Positions 26,952 to 36,845 of a stretch of DNA of 36,846 nucleotides are shown piece by piece. How positions within the stretch are numbered: the first letter of the stretch is position 1; each line of letters begins with the position of its first letter. The stretch lies in NCBI GenBank assembly GCA_039586365.1, contig JBDHKN010000047.1, positions 1 to 36,846 of the forward strand, read 5' to 3'. Under the pieces are notes generated by a model, which saw only the letters and a list, made by a program, of their open reading frames with translations, had not been told where the DNA came from and did no database searches. Source of the stretch: Gemmatimonadota bacterium. Lineage in GTDB: Bacteria > Gemmatimonadota > Gemmatimonadetes > Gemmatimonadales > GWC2-71-9. The position numbers and the translations under genes were made by a program.

Positions 26952-28055
26952 TCAACGCCACGGACACACTGCATCGTGTCCCGCCGGACTAAGTAAGCGG
27001 GCATTCGCGCCGTCCGGATCCATGACGAAAGTGCTCAACTTCTCACGCGAACCATCAGGAGTAGAAAAGAGCTCGATCCCGCTTGCCAACCAGCGCATTG
27101 CCCTGCTCCACCCACCGCCGTCGGCGGTCGTCGTCAGCCTGCGGACGTTCTCCCCGTCAATGTCCATGACATAGACATCTTCCGAGAACGGCACGCTCTT
27201 GCCGTTCACCTGGCGAGACGAGTTGAACACCATCTCCGTACCGTCAGGCGACCATGCTGCTGGTGAGCTCAACGCGTGGAATTGCCGCTGATCGGAGCCA
27301 TCGGCTTGCATGATCCACGTGGCCCAGACCCCGTTCCTGACCGACTCAAACAGGACCTTCGTCCCATCCGGGGACCAGATGCCACCCGAGTTCATTTCGG
27401 TCGTGTCCTTTATTTGCGTCAAACGCCTCACGTTTGAGCCATCGGGATCTGCCAGGAAGAGATCGGTGCCACCGAGTTGCACTTCAGGCTGATAGCGCAC
27501 CACCGCGCCGGTCTCCCAGGTCGAGTGGAACAGAAACTTCGTACCGTCAGGCGACCACGGATCCTGGACGGAGTACCAGTCCTCCCCGGGTGTGTCGGTC
27601 AATCGCCTTTGATCGGAGCCGTCAGCGTCCATGATCCTAATGTTTCGCTTGCCACCTACAGTTGCGATGTAGAGGATGCGGTTGCCATCGGGCGAGAAGA
27701 TTGGCATGTAATCCCAGTCGCGGCCACCACGCTTCGTGAGTTGCCTGATGTCTGACCCGTCCGCATTCATGACGTAGATCGCTGCGCCGCCTCCGTCGTC
27801 CCGGTTGGATGCGAAGGCGATCCTGCCGCAGTCCCGCGAGAAGCTGGGGATCCAACTACCGCGTCCTTCAGGTGTGTGCGTGAGGTTCTCGCCGAGTGTG
27901 CCGTCAAGATTCACCCGGTAGATGTCCGCCGTGCTGTCGCGGTAGCTCACGATCACGCGATCCGGGTTTGTTGCCGTTTGAGCGTTCGCATGTGAGAGTG
28001 AGGTTGTTGCACCGATCACGGCAGATATCACCAGGTGCGTAGTCTTGGTCCGCAT
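26952..28055 (-). CDS. Secreted TolB-family (PD40) beta-propeller protein
   Basis: Signal peptide ANA^Q and repeated M(N/D)ADGS..R.LT / SPDG units. Start set at ATG 28055 after GAGGAG (ORF track 28145). Confidence 0.88.
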   Translation of the reverse strand: MRTKTTHLVISAVIGATTSLSHANAQTATNPDRVIVSYRDSTADIYRVNLDGTLGENLTHTPEGRGSWIPSFSRDCGRIAFASNRDDGGGAAIYVMNADGSDIRQLTKRGGRDWDYMPIFSPDGNRILYIATVGGKRNIRIMDADGSDQRRLTDTPGEDWYSVQDPWSPDGTKFLFHSTWETGAVVRYQPEVQLGGTDLFLADPDGSNVRRLTQIKDTTEMNSGGIWSPDGTKVLFESVRNGVWATWIMQADGSDQRQFHALSSPAAWSPDGTEMVFNSSRQVNGKSVPFSEDVYVMDIDGENVRRLTTTADGGGWSRAMRWLASGIELFSTPDGSREKLSTFVMDPDGANARLLSPAGHDAVCPWR

Positions 28056-28137
28056 GGCAAAGCTCCTCAACAGAGATTTGGCGGGGTGGGTCACGACCGC
28101 GAGATCACACCGGCGCAACCAGCAACCCTCAACAACC

Positions 28138-29790
28138 TCAGTCACGTTCGCCGAGTAACCGCGCGAGCGTCTGCTGCAGTCCCTCTCCTTGGACGTCCGA
28201 GTCCACTCCCACTATCCTGCCACTTCGGTCGACGAGAATGGCCTTCGGAATCGACCACACTTCGAACGCCGCGATTGCCGCGTCATTCCACCCGTGAAAT
28301 GCATGTAGCCACGGCATGGACCAACGGACTCTGCGAAACTCGGAGACGTTATGCCTGGTGTCCCCCAGGGCAACGCTCAAGATCTGGAAGCCGCGTTCCC
28401 TGTACCGTTCATATGCTTCGTGTATGTTCGGCATCTCTTGCACGCACGGCAGGCACCATGTGGCCCAAAAGTCGATGAGGTATACCGAGCCCTGGAGGCC
28501 ATCCGGGGTGTAGATCGTCTCTGCATCATCCAGTGACGTGAGCGCGAAGTCGGGGATCGTCTTCCCCACCATGACCTTGCGGTCCGAGGCAAACCCGGTC
28601 CTGGCAACTTCTGCCTGCCACGTCTCCGAATGCTCCGTCACCAGACGATCGTAGTAACCGCGTGCTCTCTCCTCATCGCCTCTTTCATCGGCGCTCCACA
28701 TTGCCGAGGACAACACGCTGGCACGGACAGCGGGATCGGGATGCGAGTCGACCGCTTGCTCGAGGTACTCGGCGGGTCGGCCCGTAGTATCCGCTTGTTC
28801 GGCACACTTCAACGCCGTACTCAGGAAGTCTGGCGCATAGGACCACAATGGAGAATCCGCCGCGATCTCGTCCAAGGCCTGATGTATGAGCACCGGGTCA
28901 ATCTCTCCGTCGAGGTCCGCTATGCCCAGCACGCTCCAGAGCAGTATCTGCCGTAGCACCGGATCATCCTCGCTCGAGAGTCGAGCGTCGAGATCTGCGA
29001 TTTCTGAGGTCCAGTCGTACTGGAACGGTTGAGCAGCATCGGGGCCCTCGAGATGAGCCCATTGCGCAGCAGTGTGAGCAATGATCCGGTTTCGGACCTC
29101 CGCGGCGATCGCGTAATGCCTTGCCGCACGCGACTGTGGGTCGCGAAAACGCACCTCGACTGATTGCGACCCGCGGACCAGCTTGCTCGGGTCGAACACC
29201 AGCGTGGCCTTGCCCTCGCGGGTGGGAATGACGGACTGATATCCGTAGAGCAAGTCGTACCCGAACTCGTCGGAGTCCGTGCCAGGGATCCAGGGAGCAT
29301 GAGGAGTCTTCGTCGCGCCCGCCAAGTGATAGGTCACCTCCGGATCGGGGCTCTCGATGACTGCCGTCATGCGTCCTTCGGGCTGCAACTCGAGCGGTGT
29401 GCTGGAAAACCCGTTGAAGGCACCACTGGCTACGACAGCACCGAAGTCGTCCTTGTAGTCGGGAGTGCCCAGCCGGACATCTACCTCGATGTGCTGAGGC
29501 GACTCAACATACAGAGGTACGTCTTCAGACACGTGCCCTACCCCGGTGAAGCGCACGACGAGTGCACCAGCTTCTGTTGTCTCCAACTCGAACTCAGAGT
29601 CACCCGCCAGGTCGAGAGACGCCAAGGGTCCGACAGCCGGCGCCCGCAAGAGGTGAACGTGCGCGACGGCCATGGGACGGCCGTCATATCCGACGAGGGT
29701 GCCGGATACGACCGACTTGAGTGGCTCATCGGTACAGCCGAGTGACAAACTGAAAACTGCCAGAACTGGTACCAGAGAGGTGGGTTTCAT
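28138..29790 (-). CDS. Large lipoprotein with C-terminal TlpA-like redoxin domain
   Basis: Lipobox SLGC, about 400-aa N-terminal region, IDFWATWCLPCVQEMP and SIPKAILVD. Confidence 0.88.
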   Translation of the reverse strand: MKPTSLVPVLAVFSLSLGCTDEPLKSVVSGTLVGYDGRPMAVAHVHLLRAPAVGPLASLDLAGDSEFELETTEAGALVVRFTGVGHVSEDVPLYVESPQHIEVDVRLGTPDYKDDFGAVVASGAFNGFSSTPLELQPEGRMTAVIESPDPEVTYHLAGATKTPHAPWIPGTDSDEFGYDLLYGYQSVIPTREGKATLVFDPSKLVRGSQSVEVRFRDPQSRAARHYAIAAEVRNRIIAHTAAQWAHLEGPDAAQPFQYDWTSEIADLDARLSSEDDPVLRQILLWSVLGIADLDGEIDPVLIHQALDEIAADSPLWSYAPDFLSTALKCAEQADTTGRPAEYLEQAVDSHPDPAVRASVLSSAMWSADERGDEERARGYYDRLVTEHSETWQAEVARTGFASDRKVMVGKTIPDFALTSLDDAETIYTPDGLQGSVYLIDFWATWCLPCVQEMPNIHEAYERYRERGFQILSVALGDTRHNVSEFRRVRWSMPWLHAFHGWNDAAIAAFEVWSIPKAILVDRSGRIVGVDSDVQGEGLQQTLARLLGERD

Positions 29791-29990
29791 GACGCCTGCT
29801 CCCTGTCTGGAACCTCGCGGTCTTCGTCGTCGGGCGGGCGTCGTACTGCGGCGTCTACTGCGGCGGCGGCGGCCGGGAGGCGACCGACGGCATGCTGATC
29901 TACGCTAAGATGTCACTCGGGCAGCGAGGTGCAAGCCCAACAGGGCCTCAGCCGCAGCATCGTCGAAGTGACGAAGTTCGTGCACCCGCT

Positions 29991-30632
29991 CTAGTGCAGA
30001 ACACCCTCGAAAGCAAACGGCACGTCGTAGTCTCCGATCGTCTCCTTGAACTTGCTGAGTCGACCAACGCACCCGACCTCGGAGACCACACGCCACGAGT
30101 CTTCTGCAATGTGCTGTACCGCAACGCATTCGCCGATGTCGATGCGGTACTGGTCCTTCCACCCAGTGCCCAGAGGCCGACAGAACACCAGTCCGATGGC
30201 CAGTACCGCGTCACCTACCGGCACGTCGAGGAACTCGCTGGAGGAGTAGACTCTGAGCTGGAAGTTGCCACATTCCATATCGAGTCCGGCCAGCACGATT
30301 CGACCATTACGCGAGTGGCGCTTGGCGCCACTCTTCACGTACATCTGATCGTCCGACATCTCCCAGTCCTGCAGCTCGACGATGGCTCCCTCGCCATGCA
30401 CGTAGGTCCAGGCGCCGTCGCTTAGTACTGCGTCGCCCACCCTGTCCTCGAGTGTGATCGCCATTGAGTAGACATTCACACCTTCGCGAGGCGGCGCCGG
30501 TGGTTTGACCTTGGCGGCGGCGAGCTCCAATGGTATGACGGAATCAGCCACATCGCCGCAAGCGACCAACGCAGAGCACAGGACGAGGCTAGCGCAACAA
30601 CAGACTCCTAGCTTGATGCGAGACTTGTTCAT
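29991..30632 (-). CDS. Hypothetical lipoprotein
   Basis: Lipobox LVAC and four Cys in the mature region. RBS GGGGAG before ATG 30632. Co-oriented in the operon. Confidence 0.7.
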   Translation of the reverse strand: MNKSRIKLGVCCCASLVLCSALVACGDVADSVIPLELAAAKVKPPAPPREGVNVYSMAITLEDRVGDAVLSDGAWTYVHGEGAIVELQDWEMSDDQMYVKSGAKRHSRNGRIVLAGLDMECGNFQLRVYSSSEFLDVPVGDAVLAIGLVFCRPLGTGWKDQYRIDIGECVAVQHIAEDSWRVVSEVGCVGRLSKFKETIGDYDVPFAFEGVLH

Positions 30633-30668
30633 GATAGTTCTCCCCCGCATGGCTGGTGTCCTGGATGT

Positions 30669-32546
30669 CTAGTTGTTGCCGGACGGCAGGAAGTTCTCCA
30701 TCACCCACACCTCGATCGACCTGACCCCCGCCGCGAATGCCAGTCGCCGGCCATCGGGATGCAGTCGCAGGTCCTGCATAGAATCCGTGTCGAGGCCGAC
30801 GGGCTCGGGTTCGCCGCCGTCCACCGCCACCCGCCATAGACTCGTCCGCTGGTCGGTCAAGTCCTCACTCGCATACGTGGAATAGAGGATGGCGTCACTG
30901 TCCGGCGTCCACGCGATAGAGAAGATCCCCGTTGACATAGGAGTCACTGGCCTCGCCTCACCACCTTCGGCCGGCAAGACCCAGATCTGATGGTGTAGGG
31001 GCGGGTCCGCCATTGCCTGCAGCGAGACCGCCAGGCTCGCGCCGTCGGGCGAGACGGCCACATTGCGTATGAGCCCGGCCGGTGTTCTGTAGACCTCTTG
31101 GGCGCTACCGTTGCTTAGGTCCTTCCTGAATACACGCTCCGGGTAGCTGTCCTCGCCTTCTACCTGGGTCCGATAGTACAGGAAGCGCGCGTCCGGACTC
31201 AGGTCGAAACCATCACCGTTGTCCCACATCCGTTCGCTGACCAGAGCCTCGGATCTTCCGGCCTGCACGTCGACTCTGTAAATGCCTGTTGGGCCAGTGG
31301 CGTCGCCGCCTATGAGCAGCAGAGAACGCCCGTCGGGTACCCACCGAGGCGTCGACACGGGTTTGATCTGCCCGCCGAGGTTGAGTTCCCGGATCTCGCC
31401 TGTCTCCAGGGACCGGATGAACAGGCTGCCCGAAGGCGATGCGACACCACGAGTTCGGATGTAAGCCAGGTAGCGCCCGTCCGGGGACCAGGCCGGGTAG
31501 CTGCTCTGCCCCAAGCGGCGAGGAGTAGCCAAGGTGGGCGGCGCCGCCACACTCCTCAAATCGGCACTCAATGTTGCGACGTAGGTCTGTTGGGCTCCCG
31601 CCCCGACCCCGTAGAGGTACCGGCCGTCCGGTACGAAGCCGACCGGATAGATGCCCCATGCGTCCGGCAACACCAGTTGGGGATCTCCCGCCGGGCGCCC
31701 CTCTCTGACGGGCAACAGCCAGACGCCCGGTGTCCCCGTGCGGTCGCTACAGTAGAGGATGTGCTCCCCGTCGGGAGCCCACCCCAGTAAGTAGTCATTG
31801 GACGGTTCGTCTACTACGCGAATCCGTTCCCGACCATCCAGCCTCAGCACGAAAACGTCCCGCTCCTCTGCTTGCTCCCTGCCCTGTTGATCGTAGGCCA
31901 CGAACCGGCCGTCCGGCGAGAACGCGACGATCTGAGGGAAAGACACGCCGAACGATCCGAGTGACGTGACGGAGCCGTCACGCAGCGCGACCAACACGGC
32001 GTCGGGTGGGTCATGACGGTTCTCCGAATAGGACGCCAGAATAGCCCTGCCGTCCGGTGACCACGCGTAGGGAACCGTGAACCCGTCGCTCTTCAGGATG
32101 CGCGGCTCGCCGCCATCGAAGTCGACGAGTCTGAGTTCGAACCTAGCTCGTTCGTTGTGCCACCACCCGTAGGCGATCTGGCTGCCATCGGGCGAGAGAT
32201 GCGTGTGGAACGCAAAGCCGGATCCGTAGCTGTCAGCGTCGTTCGTGACGTGGCGGATCTCCCCCGTTTCCATGTTGCGTACGGCCACTTCACCGTTGCT
32301 CCAATCCGTGAGAGCCACGAACCGGAGGTCCAGAGACGGCGAGATCAGCCAGTGCGCATTGAACCCGGTCCATACCCTGCGCATCGACGCGGGAAGCGTG
32401 TCCTGCGGCGGATCCACTATAGCGGCCGGCGTGATGCCCAATCCCGCCTGCAGCATCACCTCGTCGGCAGCACGCTGAGAGCTCGTATCACAGGCGGTCA
32501 GGGCGAGGAGCATAATGACCGAGAGGTGCAGGGCGATCCTGTACAT
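30669..32546 (-). CDS. PD40/TolB-like beta-propeller lipoprotein
   Basis: Lipobox LTAC, many WSPDG repeats, and RBS AAGGAAGG. Confidence 0.9.
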   Translation of the reverse strand: MYRIALHLSVIMLLALTACDTSSQRAADEVMLQAGLGITPAAIVDPPQDTLPASMRRVWTGFNAHWLISPSLDLRFVALTDWSNGEVAVRNMETGEIRHVTNDADSYGSGFAFHTHLSPDGSQIAYGWWHNERARFELRLVDFDGGEPRILKSDGFTVPYAWSPDGRAILASYSENRHDPPDAVLVALRDGSVTSLGSFGVSFPQIVAFSPDGRFVAYDQQGREQAEERDVFVLRLDGRERIRVVDEPSNDYLLGWAPDGEHILYCSDRTGTPGVWLLPVREGRPAGDPQLVLPDAWGIYPVGFVPDGRYLYGVGAGAQQTYVATLSADLRSVAAPPTLATPRRLGQSSYPAWSPDGRYLAYIRTRGVASPSGSLFIRSLETGEIRELNLGGQIKPVSTPRWVPDGRSLLLIGGDATGPTGIYRVDVQAGRSEALVSERMWDNGDGFDLSPDARFLYYRTQVEGEDSYPERVFRKDLSNGSAQEVYRTPAGLIRNVAVSPDGASLAVSLQAMADPPLHHQIWVLPAEGGEARPVTPMSTGIFSIAWTPDSDAILYSTYASEDLTDQRTSLWRVAVDGGEPEPVGLDTDSMQDLRLHPDGRRLAFAAGVRSIEVWVMENFLPSGNN

Positions 32547-32600
32547 GGGGTGCCTTCCTTCAAAGGGATCTCTGATCGATCTCTGCCAGCGGGAGCAGGG

Positions 32601-32615
32601 GCAAGGCGCGTTCCG
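32601..32615 (-). promoter_or_regulatory. sigma54 (-24/-12) promoter
   Basis: CGGAACGCGCCTTGC against consensus TGGCACG-N4-TTGC, with exact GG-N10-GC spacing, 55 nt upstream of ATG 32546 and next to a bEBP system. Confidence 0.72.
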
Positions 32616-32690
32616 ACCGTCGGACCACTGCCTAAGTCCCTTGCCAACAATTGGATAGCCGCCAGGCCCGGAATGTGCTGCACCCGGAGC

Positions 32691-32730
32691 CGTTACGGAT
32701 CGTTACGAATTGGAAAGCAAGTTCGTTACG
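32691..32730. repeat. Three CGTTACG heptamers; candidate upstream activator sequences
   Basis: Exact copies at 32691-32697, 32701-32707 and 32724-32730, about 75-115 bp upstream of the sigma54 site. Confidence 0.55.
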
Positions 32731-34393
32731 CCGGTGCGGGATTGTCGCCGGGCTCCAGCGGAAGCGAAAACCGGAAGGTCGTCCCCACGCCCGGCTCGCT
32801 CTCCACCCTAAGCTCGCTCCCGTGTGCGCGGGCGACTCTCTGCGCCACCGCCAGCCCGAGGCCGGTTCCATCGTCTCGTGTCGAGAAGAACGGCTCGAAG
32901 ATGCGCTCCAGGTGCTCGCGAGCTATCCCTCGCCCCTCATCCCACACCACGATCTCGACCCTCTCGTCTCGCACTTCCACCCTAACGCCGGCACGTCCTC
33001 CCGATTGCAGGCTTTCGGCCGCGTTGAGCAGCAGGTTGAGCAGCAACTGCTCCAATGCACCGCCGTCGGCTGTGACCCTGATGGGGATGTCGCGCGCCGA
33101 GTATTCGAGCCGAGCGTTCCGCTCGGCGAAGCGGGGCTGTGCTGCGCGCACTGCGGCCTCGAGCGGCACCCGCAGATCGATCCGGGCGGGCGAGGCGCGC
33201 CCGCTCCTTGCCACACGCAGGAAGCCATCAACCGACGCTTTTAGCCTATCGATCTCCGCCAGCGCGTGGTCCACGAGCGCCACGGCGTCCGGCTGTTCAT
33301 CGACTTTCGCGCGCGTGAGTTGAAGATCCATCCGGACCGACGTCAGCGGGTTCCGCACCTCGTGGGCCAATGACGCGGCGAACTCGCCCACCGCCGCCAC
33401 CGCCTCCCGCTGCGTGAGCGTCCGCAGCGTATTGCTCAGGCTCTCGGTCATGGAGTTGAACGCCCCGGCCATGCCTTTGATTTCGGGCGGGCCCTCTTCC
33501 CTCGCTCTGCGTGAGAGGTCGCCGTGCGACACGGCCTGCGCTGCCTCACTCAGGTCAAGCAGCGATCGCGTGAACCGCCTGACCAGCAGGGTGACGAGCA
33601 CAAGGGCCAAGATTGCCACGAGCAGTAGAGCCACTATCCCTCGCCGCGCGGCAGCCTCGAACGGCCCGGCGAACGGACCCACGGGTCCCGCCAATGCGAG
33701 GCGCATAGGCGGCTCCCGCAACCCGCGTTCGACCGCGATCCAGGCCTCGCCCATCCAGGTGAAGCGAGACCGCGCAAACAACTCGGGCTCGAGTGCGAGT
33801 GGCGTGAGCGGCTGACCGGTGCGGGAGTCGAAGGCAGCGAGCCTAGAACCGCTCACACCGGTGGTCAACAGACCCGGGGGGAGCAACTGCTCCGTGCGGA
33901 GCTGCACCTCCAACGTCCCCAACAGCGCTCCCGTGCCGGGATCGTGAATTGGGATACCATAGGACAGTCGTCCCATTGTCCCTGTCGTTCCCGAGCCTGC
34001 AACACGTGGCAGACGGCCGACCACCTCTCCTGCCAGGTTCAGGAATCGCACCTCGGCCGCGACTTGGGCCACTCTGGCCCACCCCTGCTCGAGGTTTCGC
34101 AGCGCGAGGCCATCCTGGCTTTCCTCCACCTGCCGCGCATCGCGTAACGCGGCGACCACCGCAGGGTCCTCGGTCAGATCCAGCAGAGCCGTGCGGTGAG
34201 CCGCCCATTGGAGGCCGATCGAGTTCACGACATCCAGCAGTGAAGCTTCCAAGCGCTCCCGCACCAGATTCACCCCTGACTGCCGGGTCGAGCGGGACAG
34301 CCACACGCCAACCAGGCCGAGCGGCACGATCACGCCGAGCAACACGAGCGAGAGAAATCGACTGCGGAGACTAAGGGATGCTGGGGTGCGCAT
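32726..34393 (-). CDS. HAMP-domain sensor histidine kinase (NtrB/ZraS-like)
   Basis: Two TM segments, HAMP, LAHEVRNPL H-box, NLLLNA, DEGRG, FEPFFST and GTGLGL. Confidence 0.95.
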   Translation of the reverse strand: MRTPASLSLRSRFLSLVLLGVIVPLGLVGVWLSRSTRQSGVNLVRERLEASLLDVVNSIGLQWAAHRTALLDLTEDPAVVAALRDARQVEESQDGLALRNLEQGWARVAQVAAEVRFLNLAGEVVGRLPRVAGSGTTGTMGRLSYGIPIHDPGTGALLGTLEVQLRTEQLLPPGLLTTGVSGSRLAAFDSRTGQPLTPLALEPELFARSRFTWMGEAWIAVERGLREPPMRLALAGPVGPFAGPFEAAARRGIVALLLVAILALVLVTLLVRRFTRSLLDLSEAAQAVSHGDLSRRAREEGPPEIKGMAGAFNSMTESLSNTLRTLTQREAVAAVGEFAASLAHEVRNPLTSVRMDLQLTRAKVDEQPDAVALVDHALAEIDRLKASVDGFLRVARSGRASPARIDLRVPLEAAVRAAQPRFAERNARLEYSARDIPIRVTADGGALEQLLLNLLLNAAESLQSGGRAGVRVEVRDERVEIVVWDEGRGIAREHLERIFEPFFSTRDDGTGLGLAVAQRVARAHGSELRVESEPGVGTTFRFSLPLEPGDNPAPA

Positions 34394-34405
34394 GATGCGG
34401 CGGCG

Positions 34406-35740
34406 TCAGCCGAGTTCGTGCTTCTCGATCAACCGATACAACCGCGGCTTGGAGATCCCCAAGATGTCTGCCGTTCGGGTCTTGTTGCCACCCGTCGCAG
34501 CGAGCACGCGCCGAATCTCATCGCGCTCAGTCTCCTCCAAGGTCTTGAAGGGTCGTAGTGACGCCCCGGTTTCCTGCGCAAGACCGAGGTGCTCTGGCCG
34601 AATGACTCCACCCGTCGCCAGGGCGACGGCCCGCGTCAGACAGTTCTCGAGTTCACGCACGTTACCGGACCAATCATGTCGCAGCAGGACTTCGATCGTC
34701 GAGTCGGGCAACGTCGGCTCTGCGCGGTGCAGCTTCGCGCTCGCCTTTTGCACCAGGTGGCGCGCCAAGAGGGGGAGATCCTCAGGACGGTCTCTGAGTG
34801 GAGGAAGCGCGATCTCCACGACCCGCAGACGATAGTAGAGGTCTTCGCGAAACCGGCCTTCCCTCACCATGTCCTCCAGGTCACGGTGCGTTGCGGTGAT
34901 AACCCTCGCCTCCGTGCGCTCGGGATGCTCGGTGCCCACAGGGTAGAATTCCCCGCCCTCCAGGATGCGAAGGACCTTGGCCTGGAACTCCGGTCCGGTG
35001 TCGGCGATCTCGTCGAGGAAGATCGTGCCCGTTCCCGCCAGGGCGAACCGTCCCCGGCGGTCCGAAACCGCGCCCGTGAACGCGCCGCGCACGTGACCGA
35101 ACAGCTCGGACTCCAGCAGCGTTTCCGTGAGCGCCGTACAGTTGACGGCGATGAACGGTTCGGGCGCGTCTGCCGAGTTGAAGTGTATGGCCCGCGCGAC
35201 GAGTTCTTTGCCGGTCCCGGTCTCTCCTCTCACCAAGACGCTCACCCGGCTTGCAGCGAGTTGACCGACCAGCTTGTATACCTCTATCATGCGCGGGTCT
35301 CGACCCACCAGCTCGTTCAGCCGATAAGGTTCGGCTTCCTCCTCCGCCGCGCGGCGGACCCGCTCACGGGCACGCTGGTCCTCAAAGGCTCGCTTCAGTA
35401 CCACATTCAGTTCGTCAAGATCGATGGGCTTCACCAAGAAATCGAACGCCCCTTCACGCATCGAGCGCACAACGGTGGACATATCGTCGAATGCGGTCAT
35501 GAGCACGACGTCCACAGAGGGTGCCCGAGCACGCACGAGCTTCAGCAACTCGATACCGTCGAGGCCGGGCATGCGAATGTCCGAGAGAATCAGATCGGGT
35601 GGATGACGTCCGAGTTTGGCTAACGCTTCCTCCGCGCTGCCCGCACGATCCGGCTCGACGCCCAGGTGTGACAGGCCCTGGCTGAGCGAGGTCAGTACAC
35701 CGGCATCGTCATCGACCAGGAGTACACGTCTTGGCGTCAT
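34406..35740 (-). CDS. sigma54-dependent NtrC-family response regulator (REC-AAA+-HTH_8)
   Basis: LLVDDD, DIRMPG, GETGTGKE, ESELFGH, GAFTGA, FLDEI, DLYYRL, WSGNVREL, and Fis-type HTH. Confidence 0.96.
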   Translation of the reverse strand: MTPRRVLLVDDDAGVLTSLSQGLSHLGVEPDRAGSAEEALAKLGRHPPDLILSDIRMPGLDGIELLKLVRARAPSVDVVLMTAFDDMSTVVRSMREGAFDFLVKPIDLDELNVVLKRAFEDQRARERVRRAAEEEAEPYRLNELVGRDPRMIEVYKLVGQLAASRVSVLVRGETGTGKELVARAIHFNSADAPEPFIAVNCTALTETLLESELFGHVRGAFTGAVSDRRGRFALAGTGTIFLDEIADTGPEFQAKVLRILEGGEFYPVGTEHPERTEARVITATHRDLEDMVREGRFREDLYYRLRVVEIALPPLRDRPEDLPLLARHLVQKASAKLHRAEPTLPDSTIEVLLRHDWSGNVRELENCLTRAVALATGGVIRPEHLGLAQETGASLRPFKTLEETERDEIRRVLAATGGNKTRTADILGISKPRLYRLIEKHELG

Positions 35741-35887
35741 TGGCTGTGGGTCGCACGGATCGCGGCAGAGGCAGGAGGGATGCCTGGCGTCGCATGGCAG
35801 GACGTTCAGACTGCTCGGCCATCAGAGACGGCTCCCGATGGGTCAAGCCATAAGATGTACCGCGGATCGCCGTGGTGCCAGCGAGGA

Positions 35888-35938
35888 CTACTCCGCCCTC
35901 AACGACTCAACCGGATCGACGCCGGCTGCCGTTTCCGG
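35888..35938 (-). pseudogene. Orphan 3' remnant of an ADOP/FtsX-type ABC permease gene
   Basis: Translates PETAAGVDPVESLRAE-TAG, matching the family C-terminus (compare ASAADPVDLLRSE at 14406). There is an in-frame TGA immediately upstream and no start. Confidence 0.6.
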
Positions 35939-35996
35939 TCAGGGTGAGACAACCGTACGGCGCCGGCTATTCAGTCACAATACCCGCGCTCGCCGT

Positions 35997-36845
35997 TCAG
36001 CGGATGAATACGTGGAGCAGCGAATAGCTGATCGCGCCGATTCCAGCCGACGCCGGGATCGTCAATACCCACGCCCATACGATCCGGCCGGCGAGGGCCC
36101 ACCGCACAGCCGACAACCGCCTCGCAGACCCAACGCCGGCGATTGCACCGGTTATGGTATGCGTGGTGCTGACGGGGATTCCCATGAACGATGCCACGAA
36201 TATGGATAAGGCACCTCCCGTCTCCGCACAGAAACCATGCACGGGTTTCAGCCTGGTGAGTCGCGAACCCATTGTCTTGATGATGCGCCAGCCTCCAGCC
36301 ATCGTCCCGGCCGCAATTGCCGTGTACGCGCCGACTATGACCCACCATGGTATCTGCGAAGCATCGGTGACGTGAAGGGCTCGAATCGGAAAATCCTCGA
36401 ACAAAGCCTGCGACGCGAAGAGCAGTCCGACTATGATCCCCATGGTCTTCTGAGCGTCGTTGGTGCCATGGCTCAGACTGTACGCTGCTGCTGATACCAA
36501 CTGCAAGCGGCGGAAGTACTTGTCCACAGCACGCCTCTTTACATGTCGCAACGCCCACGCCGTGGCCACCATCAGCGACAACCCTAGCATCCCGCCCAGG
36601 ATCGGTGAGATGAAGATGAACAAGACTGGCTTCACCCATCCGCTCACGATGAGCGCCCCGATTCCCGCTTTGGCCACGGCTGCCCCGCCATACCCACCAA
36701 TCAGTGCGTGGGAAGAGCTGGACGGTATCCCAAAGTACCACGTTACCAGATCCCAGATTATGGCCCCGAGCAATGCGGCCAGAATCACGAGTGGGTCCAC
36801 AACCGATAGATCGATGAGCCCTGTGCCTACGGTCTTCGCGACAGC
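35997..36845 (-). CDS. pit: Inorganic phosphate transporter, PiT family (5' end outside window)
   Basis: GIPSSSSHALIGG, SHGTNDAQKTMG, GGWRIIKTMG and PVSTTH. The frame is open to the edge (AVAKTVGTGLIDLSV…). Confidence 0.95.
   Translation of the reverse strand, partial: AVAKTVGTGLIDLSVVDPLVILAALLGAIIWDLVTWYFGIPSSSSHALIGGYGGAAVAKAGIGALIVSGWVKPVLFIFISPILGGMLGLSLMVATAWALRHVKRRAVDKYFRRLQLVSAAAYSLSHGTNDAQKTMGIIVGLLFASQALFEDFPIRALHVTDASQIPWWVIVGAYTAIAAGTMAGGWRIIKTMGSRLTRLKPVHGFCAETGGALSIFVASFMGIPVSTTHTITGAIAGVGSARRLSAVRWALAGRIVWAWVLTIPASAGIGAISYSLLHVFIR

Noticed and set aside
29820..29880. Short GC-rich repeats (TACTGCGGCG x2, GGC and GTC runs)
   Set aside because: Low complexity, only two copies, no spacer structure; not a CRISPR or a recognisable element.
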